Below are positions 1 to 8,063 of a stretch of 64,000 nucleotides of DNA, piece after piece. A program made the translations under genes and the position numbers. The first letter of the stretch is position 1. The number at the start of each line of letters is the position of its first letter. Below the pieces are notes generated by a model. That model saw only the letters and a list, made by a program, of their open reading frames with translations, ran no database searches and was not told the DNA's origin. Source of the stretch: Acidobacteriota bacterium (GTDB taxonomy: Bacteria > Acidobacteriota > Terriglobia > Terriglobales > SCQP01); NCBI GenBank assembly GCA_021818955.1, contig JAKASR010000002.1, positions 107,659 through 171,658 of the forward strand, read 5' to 3'.

Positions 1-325
1 GGCGGGCATGATAGAGCGGCTCCAGGTGGTTGAGCAGAGGATCCCTTGCCATCTGCGCCAGGACATCCCCGCGCAAGTCGAGATGCACTTGAAAATGGTC
101 GCGCAGAAAATCGGAAAGCACCCGCAAACATGGCGAGCTTTGCTTTTCCAAAAACGCCAGCAGCGCGCAAATACCGCGGGATTGCAACACCGAGCCGGCG
201 GCGACAAAGAAGCCTTTATCACTATCCTGATAGGCCTGACAAAAAAGGCGACCATATTTCGCCGCAAACAAATCAAGATTGAAGCCAAGCTGGGCCGTGG
301 CCAAAGGGGTTGGGATCGCAGCCAT
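1..325 (-). CDS. cmr5: Type III CRISPR-Cas small subunit (Cas11, Cmr5-like); 5' part only, gene runs off the left edge
   Basis: Absent from the ORF track because no stop lies in the window. Reverse-strand ATG at 323-325 is preceded by GAGGAG (about 335-340). The frame is open to position 1 (108 codons: MAAIPTPLATAQLGFNLDLFAAKYGRLF...SVLQSRGICALLAFLEKQ...). GICALLAFLEKQ resembles the Cmr5 'GL..alaFl..K' segment. Its position after the Cmr4-like gene fits III-C gene order. Confidence 0.5.
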   Translation of the reverse strand, partial: MAAIPTPLATAQLGFNLDLFAAKYGRLFCQAYQDSDKGFFVAAGSVLQSRGICALLAFLEKQSSPCLRVLSDFLRDHFQVHLDLRGDVLAQMARDPLLNHLEPLYHAR

Positions 326-356
326 GTTGAAATTCTCCTCTCGCTGCCATCGCCGG

Positions 357-1346
357 CTATGATTGAATCCACACGCGGCCTAAGCCTCGGGTATTCATGC
401 CGCCAAGGCCAAGATATTGCATTAAGCTAATTCCGCGATTCATCACGTCGCGCAAAGCCGTCATCTCCATCGGCGCTCTTGACCCATTGCTGCCAATGGT
501 AGCGTTGAAAATAGCCGGATTATTATAGACGGCATCGAACCAAAGCAGACTCGAGCGCGGGATAGCTTCATAAGTAAATAATGCGCCGTCTTCGGCCGCC
601 CCGGTTTCCGGCTTAATCGAGACCAGGGTGCGGACTTCCAGATTGTCATCCACCAGGCGCTTAAACATAGCATTGCCGACCAGCACGCATTGCTGAACTT
701 TGTTGAGCAACACAGAAGGAATCGGCTGTAGTTCAGACACCCGATCATCCGCATGCCGCGAGGGAAACCGCCATTGCGCCAGATCGGAATCCTGCAAGCC
801 ATCTAATTTATTTAAATATAGCCAGCCGAAATCCAGTTGCGGTTGAGTGAAGTTGCCTTTTAAAACAATGAAATTTCCATCTTCGATTGCGGGCAAGCCC
901 GACGACACGCCAGCCATTTCTGCAGGCAAGCCCGACGATATGCCAGCCGCCTCAAGCTGCTGTGGACAAGTAATCCAGACCGGCCCGCGAGTCGTCGCGA
1001 TGGGAAAGAGCAACAGGTGGGCGGTAAAGAGTTGTACTAATCCCTGGCGGCTCCCGGATGAGCCTTTGGCCCAGCCAAATGCATGGCAGACGGGGCAATC
1101 GCCACAATGAGACTGGCCTTCCGCCCCCCCCTTCCCGCTGCACTGCGGACGATCCATGCTCAGTGCCGCATAAGCCCGGGTGACACCGCTGAGGCTGGTG
1201 CCGGGGATCACCGGCAGATTCGTGCCAGACTCGCGCAAAACAGGCAAATCAATGCGGCCAATTTTTTGCTGGCCGGCGCCGACATGAAGCGGGTCGAGAG
1301 CGAACATCCAATAGCGGACTTGTTCGAAAATTCTTGGATCAGGCAT
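357..1346 (-). CDS. cmr4: Type III RAMP backbone subunit (Cas7 family, Cmr4-like)
   Basis: IGRIDLPVLRESGTNLPVIPGTSLSGVTRAY matches the Cmr4/Csm3 'iD.P..Re..t..P.ipGSSlKG.lR' pattern. The candidate catalytic Asp33 lies at nt 1248-1250. There is a Cys-rich insert (HCGDCPVCHAFG) and a C-terminal G-rich loop (GLGGMNTRGLG). Confidence 0.75.
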   Translation of the reverse strand: MPDPRIFEQVRYWMFALDPLHVGAGQQKIGRIDLPVLRESGTNLPVIPGTSLSGVTRAYAALSMDRPQCSGKGGAEGQSHCGDCPVCHAFGWAKGSSGSRQGLVQLFTAHLLLFPIATTRGPVWITCPQQLEAAGISSGLPAEMAGVSSGLPAIEDGNFIVLKGNFTQPQLDFGWLYLNKLDGLQDSDLAQWRFPSRHADDRVSELQPIPSVLLNKVQQCVLVGNAMFKRLVDDNLEVRTLVSIKPETGAAEDGALFTYEAIPRSSLLWFDAVYNNPAIFNATIGSNGSRAPMEMTALRDVMNRGISLMQYLGLGGMNTRGLGRVWIQS

Positions 1347-1347
1347 T

Positions 1348-4300
1348 TCAAGCTCCTGAGCGAGCGACGGGTTGGCCTGCCTCGTCGACGCGGGCTAAAG
1401 TAGTCTTGGAAGCAGAGGCACGATCCTCTTCCGGCGGATTCTGGTGAAATAAGGCATAGGCTTCAAAAATCGAGCCATCACAACAGCGATCCAATAAAAA
1501 AGCCCGCTGCGCAGCTGTTAGGGCAGCGGCATGATATTCGATTTGCTGACGCGCTAGCTCACGCCATTCAATATGCCCTGGTGTCTCGGCGGCAGGCGCG
1601 GGATAAGGCAGCCCGATGCGCCAAGTACGAATTTTCTCGGCCAGTAAATCAATCAGGGAATGGCGCACCGATTCGGACGGAATACCGGCCGCCAGCAAAT
1701 CGCGTATCTCGATTAAGTGGGACATTAGGAGTTCAAGCCGTATCGGCCGAACCTGCTGATCATTCCAGGCATAGCTGGGTCGATGCCCATGCTCCGCCAC
1801 CTGCAAGGCAAAGCGCCGGGTGGAGCTATCGAGATATTCATAGTCGTAGGCGCAATCGGCGGCGATGATGCGCATACCCGGGCGAAGATCGCGCAAATGC
1901 AGTACACATAATCTCCCCAGAGAGTCCGGCATGGCATGGTGCCGATCATCCTCATTTAAAGATTCCTCGGAGACAATGAAATACGGATGATAGCTATCAT
2001 CACGACCATCACCGAGGTAGGCAGGCACCCGCCAATGTAGATCGCCCGCCAAATGCAAATCGGTATATCCATTGCCCGCATTGGTCGGCTGTTGACAAAG
2101 CTTATACGATCCCGACATATTATGACGGCTTTGAAAGGCTAGAAGCATGCGGCGGGCAGCGTCGAGCGCAATGTACATGGGAAAGCGAGGCTGAAAAAAC
2201 AAGTTGCCGATCGAAAAGGAGAGGCGGCCCGACACCTTGCCGAAACGGCGTTGAAATTCGGCGGTAATACGTCCGCTTAACTCCACTGCGCGGGCGGCGG
2301 GCACCAAGGCAATAAAGATTTCCGGCGTGGCCAGAATTTCACGATAAGGATAATAGTCGCGCGCAGTCGGATTGCCACTTAATGGAATCGATTCAAGACG
2401 CAGCGGCTCGCCCGAATCCGCATCACATATCCGGGTAAGTGACTTACCAATGAAAGCATCCGTCGACGCTTGATTAATCAATTCAATCCGATTATTTTCA
2501 TCGTCCCAGACGAACTCGACCGGCTGATCGGCAATGAAAGCCTTATAGACCGCATTGGGGGCCAAGACTTTTTCCAGCGCGAGATGGCTTTCAAGTATGA
2601 ACCCCCAACGTTGCATGCGCGGCAAATATTTCCTCAGCAACGGCGTCGAATCGGATCCTGATTGCGTATTTGGTGAGGTCAGGGAACTAAAATATTCCTG
2701 AGTGGTACGCCAGACATCGAGCACGGTGGAAGGGGTGGGAGATTTGGCTGTAATCAGATTGATTAACTGAGATAAACGCACGGGCGTGTCGGCGATTTGC
2801 CCCGCCAATTCGCGTAATTCTGAAACCTTCGCCGCAGAAGGCGCAAATTCACCATGATGGTTTTCCAGAGGCCATGCCTGGCGAGGATCTTTCGGGGTTT
2901 GATTGAAGCGGCCCCCAGGCCAAAATTGGCGATAGAAGCAGATCACGGCACTTGCGAGTTTAAGTTCTTCCTGATCCGCGGTGTCGGCAAAAGCTTTCAA
3001 GCAGACTGCGACTTCCTGGCGAAGCCGCTCGGCATCATAATTTGACCAATCCTGACCCCGTGCGGTTTCCAAATACTGCTTTGACTTCAGTTCATCTGCT
3101 TTAAATAGTTGGGTGTTTCCTAAATCAACCGCCTGGCGCGAAAGCCCGCGCGGTTCGGTAACATACAAAGTACGTATCCGACTGCCATCGAGCCATGGAT
3201 CTAATCCGATGCGGGCCACCAGCAATGCGACATCCCGGCCACGGGCAATTTCATTAATAAAAAGCGTGGCGGCGTCGGCTTGACGAAGCTGCGAAGCTCC
3301 CCGACTGCGCCGGCGGGCGCATATTTCACAACGTTTATCCGATCGCGCTCGCGGATACGTGCGCAACCGGCAGATCGGACAAATCTCCTGATCCAAGATA
3401 GACGGCAAATAGTGTTGAAACGGTTCCAGTCGGCCATCGGCGACGATACGGCCATCGGCATGAATGGGAAATCCGAATTCCTGGCGAAGTTTATTCAACA
3501 CGAAAACGATATCGGTAATATCCCGGGTACCATGTCCGAGCGAGACAAAGCGGGGCCACAATTCGCCCTTCGAGATTATCAACGAGCCATCCAATATTTC
3601 TCGACCGATTATTTCCAACCAGTGCTGATAAGCTTCCCCGATGGAATTGGAATCCATCTTTTCCGGAATTAAAAACAAGATGCAATTATCATCTTCGTAG
3701 ATTGCATTGCCTAGCGCATATATGAATTCGATTTTTTCTCTCGCCGCATGGCGCACCTGGCGAAGCAGGTCGCGGCGGGTAGTGAGGTCGGCAATTTTTT
3801 GGCCGCGCTGAATAAAGCGCACCGCATCCCAGCCCAGTCCCCAGATAGTAAATCGCGCGGATTGAAACACATTGTGTTCCTCCAATTTTTCGGCTGTTAT
3901 GCCAGAATGATATAGTAAATACCACGCTTGAAATACTTTAGTAATGGTGGTTACAGCATAGACATGCTCGAATAGCGAGGTATCATTGCCGGGTCGCGTG
4001 GTATCGCTACAGGCAGGCTTATATTGATCTTCGAGCAACTTCAATAGCCGCCGGCGCGGGGCAGGGTCTTTATCGGGTGGACGTAGCCAACAGGTCTTGA
4101 TCAAATCCTCGCTCGAAAGAGCCGCATATAACTGCTCGCGGTTTGTTTCAAGATTATCATCGCTGATCTGACTTTCATAACCGAATACATTGGAGCGATA
4201 AAAGGAACGCAGAATTTCATTTTCTTGCGGAGGTTTGCTATGATCGCATTGCTCGCCGGCAGGCAAGGGATTATTACGATCAATAGCCGAATCGAGAGCA

Positions 4301-4656
4301 TCGGCCGCCTTTAATGCTTGCTCATAAACGATATGGGGGCTGGGTGCGACATGAGAGGACATTACTCTTTTCGGCGAAAATCTCTCACTGCAACCTATGG
4401 CGAAGGTGATTTCCTGGCTCATTTGCTCCAGCAGAATAGAATATTTATTTTTAAATTCCGGCGTTTCATGTTGATCGAGGAAATCATGATCGTGCGGGTC
4501 TTTATTATAAGCGTCAGGATTAGAATCGGCATACCAAGTGCGGCGATATTTCAGGAAGGCCATGCTTAATTTACCCATATCATGGAATAACGAGCAAAGC
4601 TCACTTCTCAATAACCAATCACGATTATCGCTATTTCGTAATTCCGTTACGCCCAT
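1348..4656 (-). CDS. cas10: Cas10 large subunit, HD motif present, cyclase GGDD motif absent
   Basis: 1102 aa. HD motif LCSLFHDMGK (H25-D26, nt 4579-4584). Palm-1-like WGLGWDAVRFIQ. Zn finger CPICR...CEIC. Palm-2-like block LSFSIGNLFFQPRFPMYIALDAARRML. No GGDD or GGDE anywhere; the expected position reads ILATPEIFIALVP. Confidence 0.8.
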   Translation of the reverse strand: MGVTELRNSDNRDWLLRSELCSLFHDMGKLSMAFLKYRRTWYADSNPDAYNKDPHDHDFLDQHETPEFKNKYSILLEQMSQEITFAIGCSERFSPKRVMSSHVAPSPHIVYEQALKAADALDSAIDRNNPLPAGEQCDHSKPPQENEILRSFYRSNVFGYESQISDDNLETNREQLYAALSSEDLIKTCWLRPPDKDPAPRRRLLKLLEDQYKPACSDTTRPGNDTSLFEHVYAVTTITKVFQAWYLLYHSGITAEKLEEHNVFQSARFTIWGLGWDAVRFIQRGQKIADLTTRRDLLRQVRHAAREKIEFIYALGNAIYEDDNCILFLIPEKMDSNSIGEAYQHWLEIIGREILDGSLIISKGELWPRFVSLGHGTRDITDIVFVLNKLRQEFGFPIHADGRIVADGRLEPFQHYLPSILDQEICPICRLRTYPRARSDKRCEICARRRSRGASQLRQADAATLFINEIARGRDVALLVARIGLDPWLDGSRIRTLYVTEPRGLSRQAVDLGNTQLFKADELKSKQYLETARGQDWSNYDAERLRQEVAVCLKAFADTADQEELKLASAVICFYRQFWPGGRFNQTPKDPRQAWPLENHHGEFAPSAAKVSELRELAGQIADTPVRLSQLINLITAKSPTPSTVLDVWRTTQEYFSSLTSPNTQSGSDSTPLLRKYLPRMQRWGFILESHLALEKVLAPNAVYKAFIADQPVEFVWDDENNRIELINQASTDAFIGKSLTRICDADSGEPLRLESIPLSGNPTARDYYPYREILATPEIFIALVPAARAVELSGRITAEFQRRFGKVSGRLSFSIGNLFFQPRFPMYIALDAARRMLLAFQSRHNMSGSYKLCQQPTNAGNGYTDLHLAGDLHWRVPAYLGDGRDDSYHPYFIVSEESLNEDDRHHAMPDSLGRLCVLHLRDLRPGMRIIAADCAYDYEYLDSSTRRFALQVAEHGHRPSYAWNDQQVRPIRLELLMSHLIEIRDLLAAGIPSESVRHSLIDLLAEKIRTWRIGLPYPAPAAETPGHIEWRELARQQIEYHAAALTAAQRAFLLDRCCDGSIFEAYALFHQNPPEEDRASASKTTLARVDEAGQPVARSGA

Positions 4657-5423
4657 GGCTGCGCGCCTTCAATCCGCGCCCTAAGCTCCGATAATTTATC
4701 GAGATTTTGCAAATTATAAGAGACATGGCGATTGTACAGGCGAGAATTCAAGATCTGATTTCGAGCCAAGCCGAAACCTTTCAGGGTTTTCGCGCCAATT
4801 CCATGAATTGTGAATAGAAGCTGGAGCCAATCGCAAACGAGTGGAAATAGCAATCGAGCTTGTTCTACGCCTTGAGCCTCTCCACGCCCCAAATAGAGCA
4901 CAGAAAATGTTGCCGATTGTCCCGCGCGAACTACATGCGGCGAAACGGGAACCGTACCTTTGCGTGCGCGGCGATTGTGCGGGTTAAAGACTACATGGGA
5001 GTTAGTTTCGTTAAAAAAAGAAGGAAAGAAATGCAACCGGCCTTCCGATTTACTCTCTTTATCCGGTCCAAACGCTTCAATGACAGGTTCGCCGGGATTA
5101 ATCAGATTGGCGACATAACGTAGTCGGCCTTTCCAAGTGGAAGGACGCACCCAAGGACGGCGGTAAACCCATTCCCGGGCAATTGTCTGCGGGCTTGCCG
5201 CCACGACTTCGTCGCCTTTGGATAAATAGGGGGAAATCAAGGTGAATTGAAACTGCAAAAACAATGTTCCGGCAGGAAAATAACGGAAATGATTGGCGAT
5301 TGGTGAAGGTATAAAACTATCGCAGGAGGCGGTCTGCAGCGCATCTTCGCATGTCCGGTTAACCGCGTGCCATGCGGCGCCTTGTTGCAATTGCCGCAAA
5401 GAAGGATAAACTTCTAAACTCAA
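4647..5423 (-). CDS. cmr6: Type III RAMP protein (Cas7 family, Cmr6-like)
   Basis: RPSTWKGRLRY (RAMP 'S.KG.lR' motif). FGPDKESKSEGRLHFFPSFF (Cmr6-like 'FG....G.l.F.d'). G-rich loop IHGIGAKTLKGFGLAR. The stop overlaps the cas10 start by 10 nt. Confidence 0.65.
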   Translation of the reverse strand: MSLEVYPSLRQLQQGAAWHAVNRTCEDALQTASCDSFIPSPIANHFRYFPAGTLFLQFQFTLISPYLSKGDEVVAASPQTIAREWVYRRPWVRPSTWKGRLRYVANLINPGEPVIEAFGPDKESKSEGRLHFFPSFFNETNSHVVFNPHNRRARKGTVPVSPHVVRAGQSATFSVLYLGRGEAQGVEQARLLFPLVCDWLQLLFTIHGIGAKTLKGFGLARNQILNSRLYNRHVSYNLQNLDKLSELRARIEGAQPWA

Positions 5424-6463
5424 GCGCCGCCTCCTGCAGCCAGCGCAAGCGCCGGCTGAATTCGTATAAACGGTTGATTGTCAGGTAAATATTGCTTACG
5501 AATGCCAGCGGCATTTAACCAATCAGGAATTTGACTTAAAAAGCCAGGGTCGAGCACATAACCCCAGGTGCGGCCCGCAGGACGGCCATTTATCGCTGCT
5601 GGAAGTGTAAAAGAAAAAAGACGCTTGCTTTGAATATCTCGGCTGCCGCGGACATGCGCGCGCAATGGATCAAAGCCATCGTTAAATTCTTTAATCGAGA
5701 ACATAGAAGGCCAAGGCATGGCATCCAATCCTAAAAGGTGGTTAAACGAGCCAATTTCCGGATGCGACTCATACAAGGTCACACCTGGCAGAAAGAAGAA
5801 ATAATCTATTCGAGGTAAATCAGGCGTTTCATTGGGTTGTTTTTTTTGCCGGTGTTGCATTTCAACAAGAAAGCGGGTTTTCCATACGTTCACTGGCTCA
5901 TCGTCGGGCATGGCCCCTTGCATTCCGAGTAGTTGAATTAATCCGTAATCACGATGGCATTCATTACCGGCAGCATTTCCTGGCACTGGTTTTAAAGTGG
6001 TCTTACCGCCTAAGGAAGCATAAGTACAAATAATATGAAGGATCGTTGCGAGTAAATGCTGTTGTGCGGAGCGTAATGGCGGCTGCGAGTGTAGAAAACT
6101 AAATTCTAACCAGAATATTTGACCTGCATGAAGTGGTTCAATGCGAATTTCAGAGCGATCCGGTTGTCCATTGAGATCTTTCCAGGCCCGGATACTGAAA
6201 CGAGCCGCAGCGGGAAGTGGGGCATTTCTTTGTGATTGACCACTACCTACGCCCCCGAAGAGTTGGCAGATGAAGCATGGGTCTATATTCGAACAACGCA
6301 AACCAGAATCGGTCGGATCGCAGGCGCGGACGTCGAAAGCACGCACATAGGCCTCAGCCCACCAGCGAATGCTTCCCAGCAAGCTAGTCATTTGAAGCCG
6401 GGAGTTTTGGCGGTGCTCATCGCCCGTCCAAATTTCGCTCAAAGCTTGTAATTTAAAGATCAT
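5420..6463 (-). CDS. cmr1: Type III RAMP protein (Cas7 family, Cmr1-like)
   Basis: LLGSIRWWAEAYVRA (Cmr1 'KGalRfWfRal'-like). CFICQLFGG. G-rich loop ASLGGKTTLK. There are 4-nt overlaps with both the upstream and downstream genes. Confidence 0.6.
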   Translation of the reverse strand: MIFKLQALSEIWTGDEHRQNSRLQMTSLLGSIRWWAEAYVRAFDVRACDPTDSGLRCSNIDPCFICQLFGGVGSGQSQRNAPLPAAARFSIRAWKDLNGQPDRSEIRIEPLHAGQIFWLEFSFLHSQPPLRSAQQHLLATILHIICTYASLGGKTTLKPVPGNAAGNECHRDYGLIQLLGMQGAMPDDEPVNVWKTRFLVEMQHRQKKQPNETPDLPRIDYFFFLPGVTLYESHPEIGSFNHLLGLDAMPWPSMFSIKEFNDGFDPLRAHVRGSRDIQSKRLFSFTLPAAINGRPAGRTWGYVLDPGFLSQIPDWLNAAGIRKQYLPDNQPFIRIQPALALAAGGGA

Positions 6464-7245
6464 GCATGCGCCCCGCGTTTTTTCGCGAGAAAAGTTTCAG
6501 CATCCTCGCTGAACCGATCATCATGCCAGAGCCTATCGAATTCCTCCAAGAAATGTCGCAGTAAAGGATTATGATGGTGGCCACGTTTGAGGATTAGCAC
6601 CGGGTCCCTTAATCCAGAACGCCCGCGCAACAGATAGCCGATGAAGCCTTCCCGATCGTCCACATAGTGCGCCCAGTAGCGGGCGTATTCGCGATAGAAA
6701 CGAACCTTCAATTCCAATTTCCCCCGCATCCCCAGATATGATTCGGCCGTGCTGTTGATTCTGCGGATTTCGGCGCTGACTTCTTCGTTGTTAGGCTCAC
6801 GCCCAAGCTCATGCTTTTTGCTTTCACGAACGCAATCTGCTTCAGGCGCCAATAGCAGAAATCTCAACCGGCACCCCGGATTGAATATTCCTTGTTCGAC
6901 GGTATTCCGAAATTCGGACAAAAATGACCCGCCGCTAATGCCGATGTATGCATATTCCTCGACAACATTTCTCCATACCTGAACGTTGTCAACAATTTTG
7001 AAATGCGGCTTGACGTCGGTCACATATCGTATCACTCGGAAAGGACGAAGAATTATTCCCAATATTGCCGCTAACAAAATCGATCCAAGAATCACAAGTT
7101 TAAGAACGAGGGGATGATTCTGTCCTATAAAAACCGTGACCAGCAGGTCTATAAAGACAATGGCATCAACAAAATAGCTAAAGCGTTCGGGGAGTGCTTT
7201 AGGGGTATCCATTAAATTCTCCCGAAACATGGACAATAAAGGCAA
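6460..7245 (-). CDS. Uncharacterised two-TM membrane protein with a C-terminal soluble domain; first gene of the type III operon
   Basis: Hydrophobic helices FSYFVDAIVFIDLLVTVFIG and LVLKLVILGSILLAAILGIIL are followed by about 180 aa of soluble sequence. The stop TGA overlaps the cmr1 ATG (ATGA at 6460-6463). The ORF-track start is a TTG at 7245. An ATG at 7212 (MDTPKALPERF) with GGGAGA 6 nt upstream is a more likely start. Confidence 0.6.
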   Translation of the reverse strand: MPLLSMFRENLMDTPKALPERFSYFVDAIVFIDLLVTVFIGQNHPLVLKLVILGSILLAAILGIILRPFRVIRYVTDVKPHFKIVDNVQVWRNVVEEYAYIGISGGSFLSEFRNTVEQGIFNPGCRLRFLLLAPEADCVRESKKHELGREPNNEEVSAEIRRINSTAESYLGMRGKLELKVRFYREYARYWAHYVDDREGFIGYLLRGRSGLRDPVLILKRGHHHNPLLRHFLEEFDRLWHDDRFSEDAETFLAKKRGAHA

Positions 7246-7278
7246 CGCCTATCGTACATGTCAGTCGAATGTGGTGGG

Positions 7279-7306
7279 ATTATACTCCAAGAGATTATTA
7301 ATGCAA
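7279..7306 (-). promoter_or_regulatory. Candidate sigma70-type promoter for the type III operon
   Basis: On the minus strand: TTGCAT (7301-7306), 16-nt spacer, TATAAT (7279-7284). It lies about 35-65 nt upstream of the candidate starts. It is bracketed by the inverted 8-mers AGTCGAAT (7263-7270) and ATTCGACT (7330-7337). Confidence 0.4.
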
Positions 7307-7372
7307 ATCCCTTGAGAGCTCCAATCGAAATTCGACTCTTTAACAACCACAATTTAGGTATGCGGGCCGACT

Positions 7373-7401
7373 TTGACTGCCAACTATTGTGCGAATGCAA
7401 T
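7373..7401 (+). promoter_or_regulatory. Candidate sigma70-type promoter for the divergent 7616 gene
   Basis: TTGACT (7373-7378), 17-nt spacer, TGCAAT (7396-7401). This would give a leader of about 210 nt. Confidence 0.3.
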
Positions 7402-7615
7402 CAATCAGCGCCCGCAGCGCGGGAATGTCGTCTTCGGTGGCGAGCCGCAGGCTAAATTCAGGCGGGGTTCCCATGTCCTACCGCTGCTTTCATGTTTTAC
7501 CCGTGGCAGTAGTTTAAGATGGCTCGGCCGCTTATTTCTGCATCCCGGCCGGCGGCGGGATCATCTCTGGAATGTCGCGCCGGCCGCGCGCCCATCTTAA
7601 GACAGGAGTTCCTCC

Positions 7616-8032
7616 GTGTCCCAGTACGATGAAAAGCCTTTTCCGCTGGATTTTCATGACCTCAAGTTGTTGAGCCATCTGGAAGAAATCCTTTTTGCCT
7701 GGCGGGAAGACGGCTTTCCCGGGATGCGGGATAAAGTTTTGGAATATAAGTGCGAACTCAACGAGTTCAACCGAAAAACACTGGCAAATTATAGTCCTAA
7801 GCCGTCCCCGGCCAAACCGTTAAGAATAATAGGGTGCGTGCAAGGCATGCTGCTGGATGAAGACTTCGATCACCCGCCCGATATGAAATTTTTAGATGCC
7901 TTCCTCCCCTGGCGGCTGAATGAAAAAGACAAAGCCTGGTTGAAAGCGATCGGCATCGAGCCGCCCGACTGTTTAGGGCAAGCGGAAAACGGCGGGAAGC
8001 AGCCTCCCGATAACGGAAGCGCGGAAGGATAG
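7616..8032 (+). CDS. Hypothetical protein (138 aa)
   Basis: GTG start preceded by AGGAG. Intermediate GC. Lies 31 nt upstream of the DUF2235 gene. No family recognised. The internal MLLDEDFDHPPDMKFLDAF loosely recalls the 'DFD.PL...F' tail of some small antitoxin-like proteins. Confidence 0.5.
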   Translation: MSQYDEKPFPLDFHDLKLLSHLEEILFAWREDGFPGMRDKVLEYKCELNEFNRKTLANYSPKPSPAKPLRIIGCVQGMLLDEDFDHPPDMKFLDAFLPWRLNEKDKAWLKAIGIEPPDCLGQAENGGKQPPDNGSAEG

Positions 8033-8063
8033 CCTGAATCACTGAACCCGGCCGAGGCGAGGG

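Noticed and set aside
8-430. Plus-strand 140-aa ORF at the left edge
   Set aside because: It is antisense to a reverse-strand frame that has a good RBS, stays open to the window edge, and fits the Cmr5-like slot of the cas operon. The plus-strand product is Arg/Gln-rich with no recognisable features.
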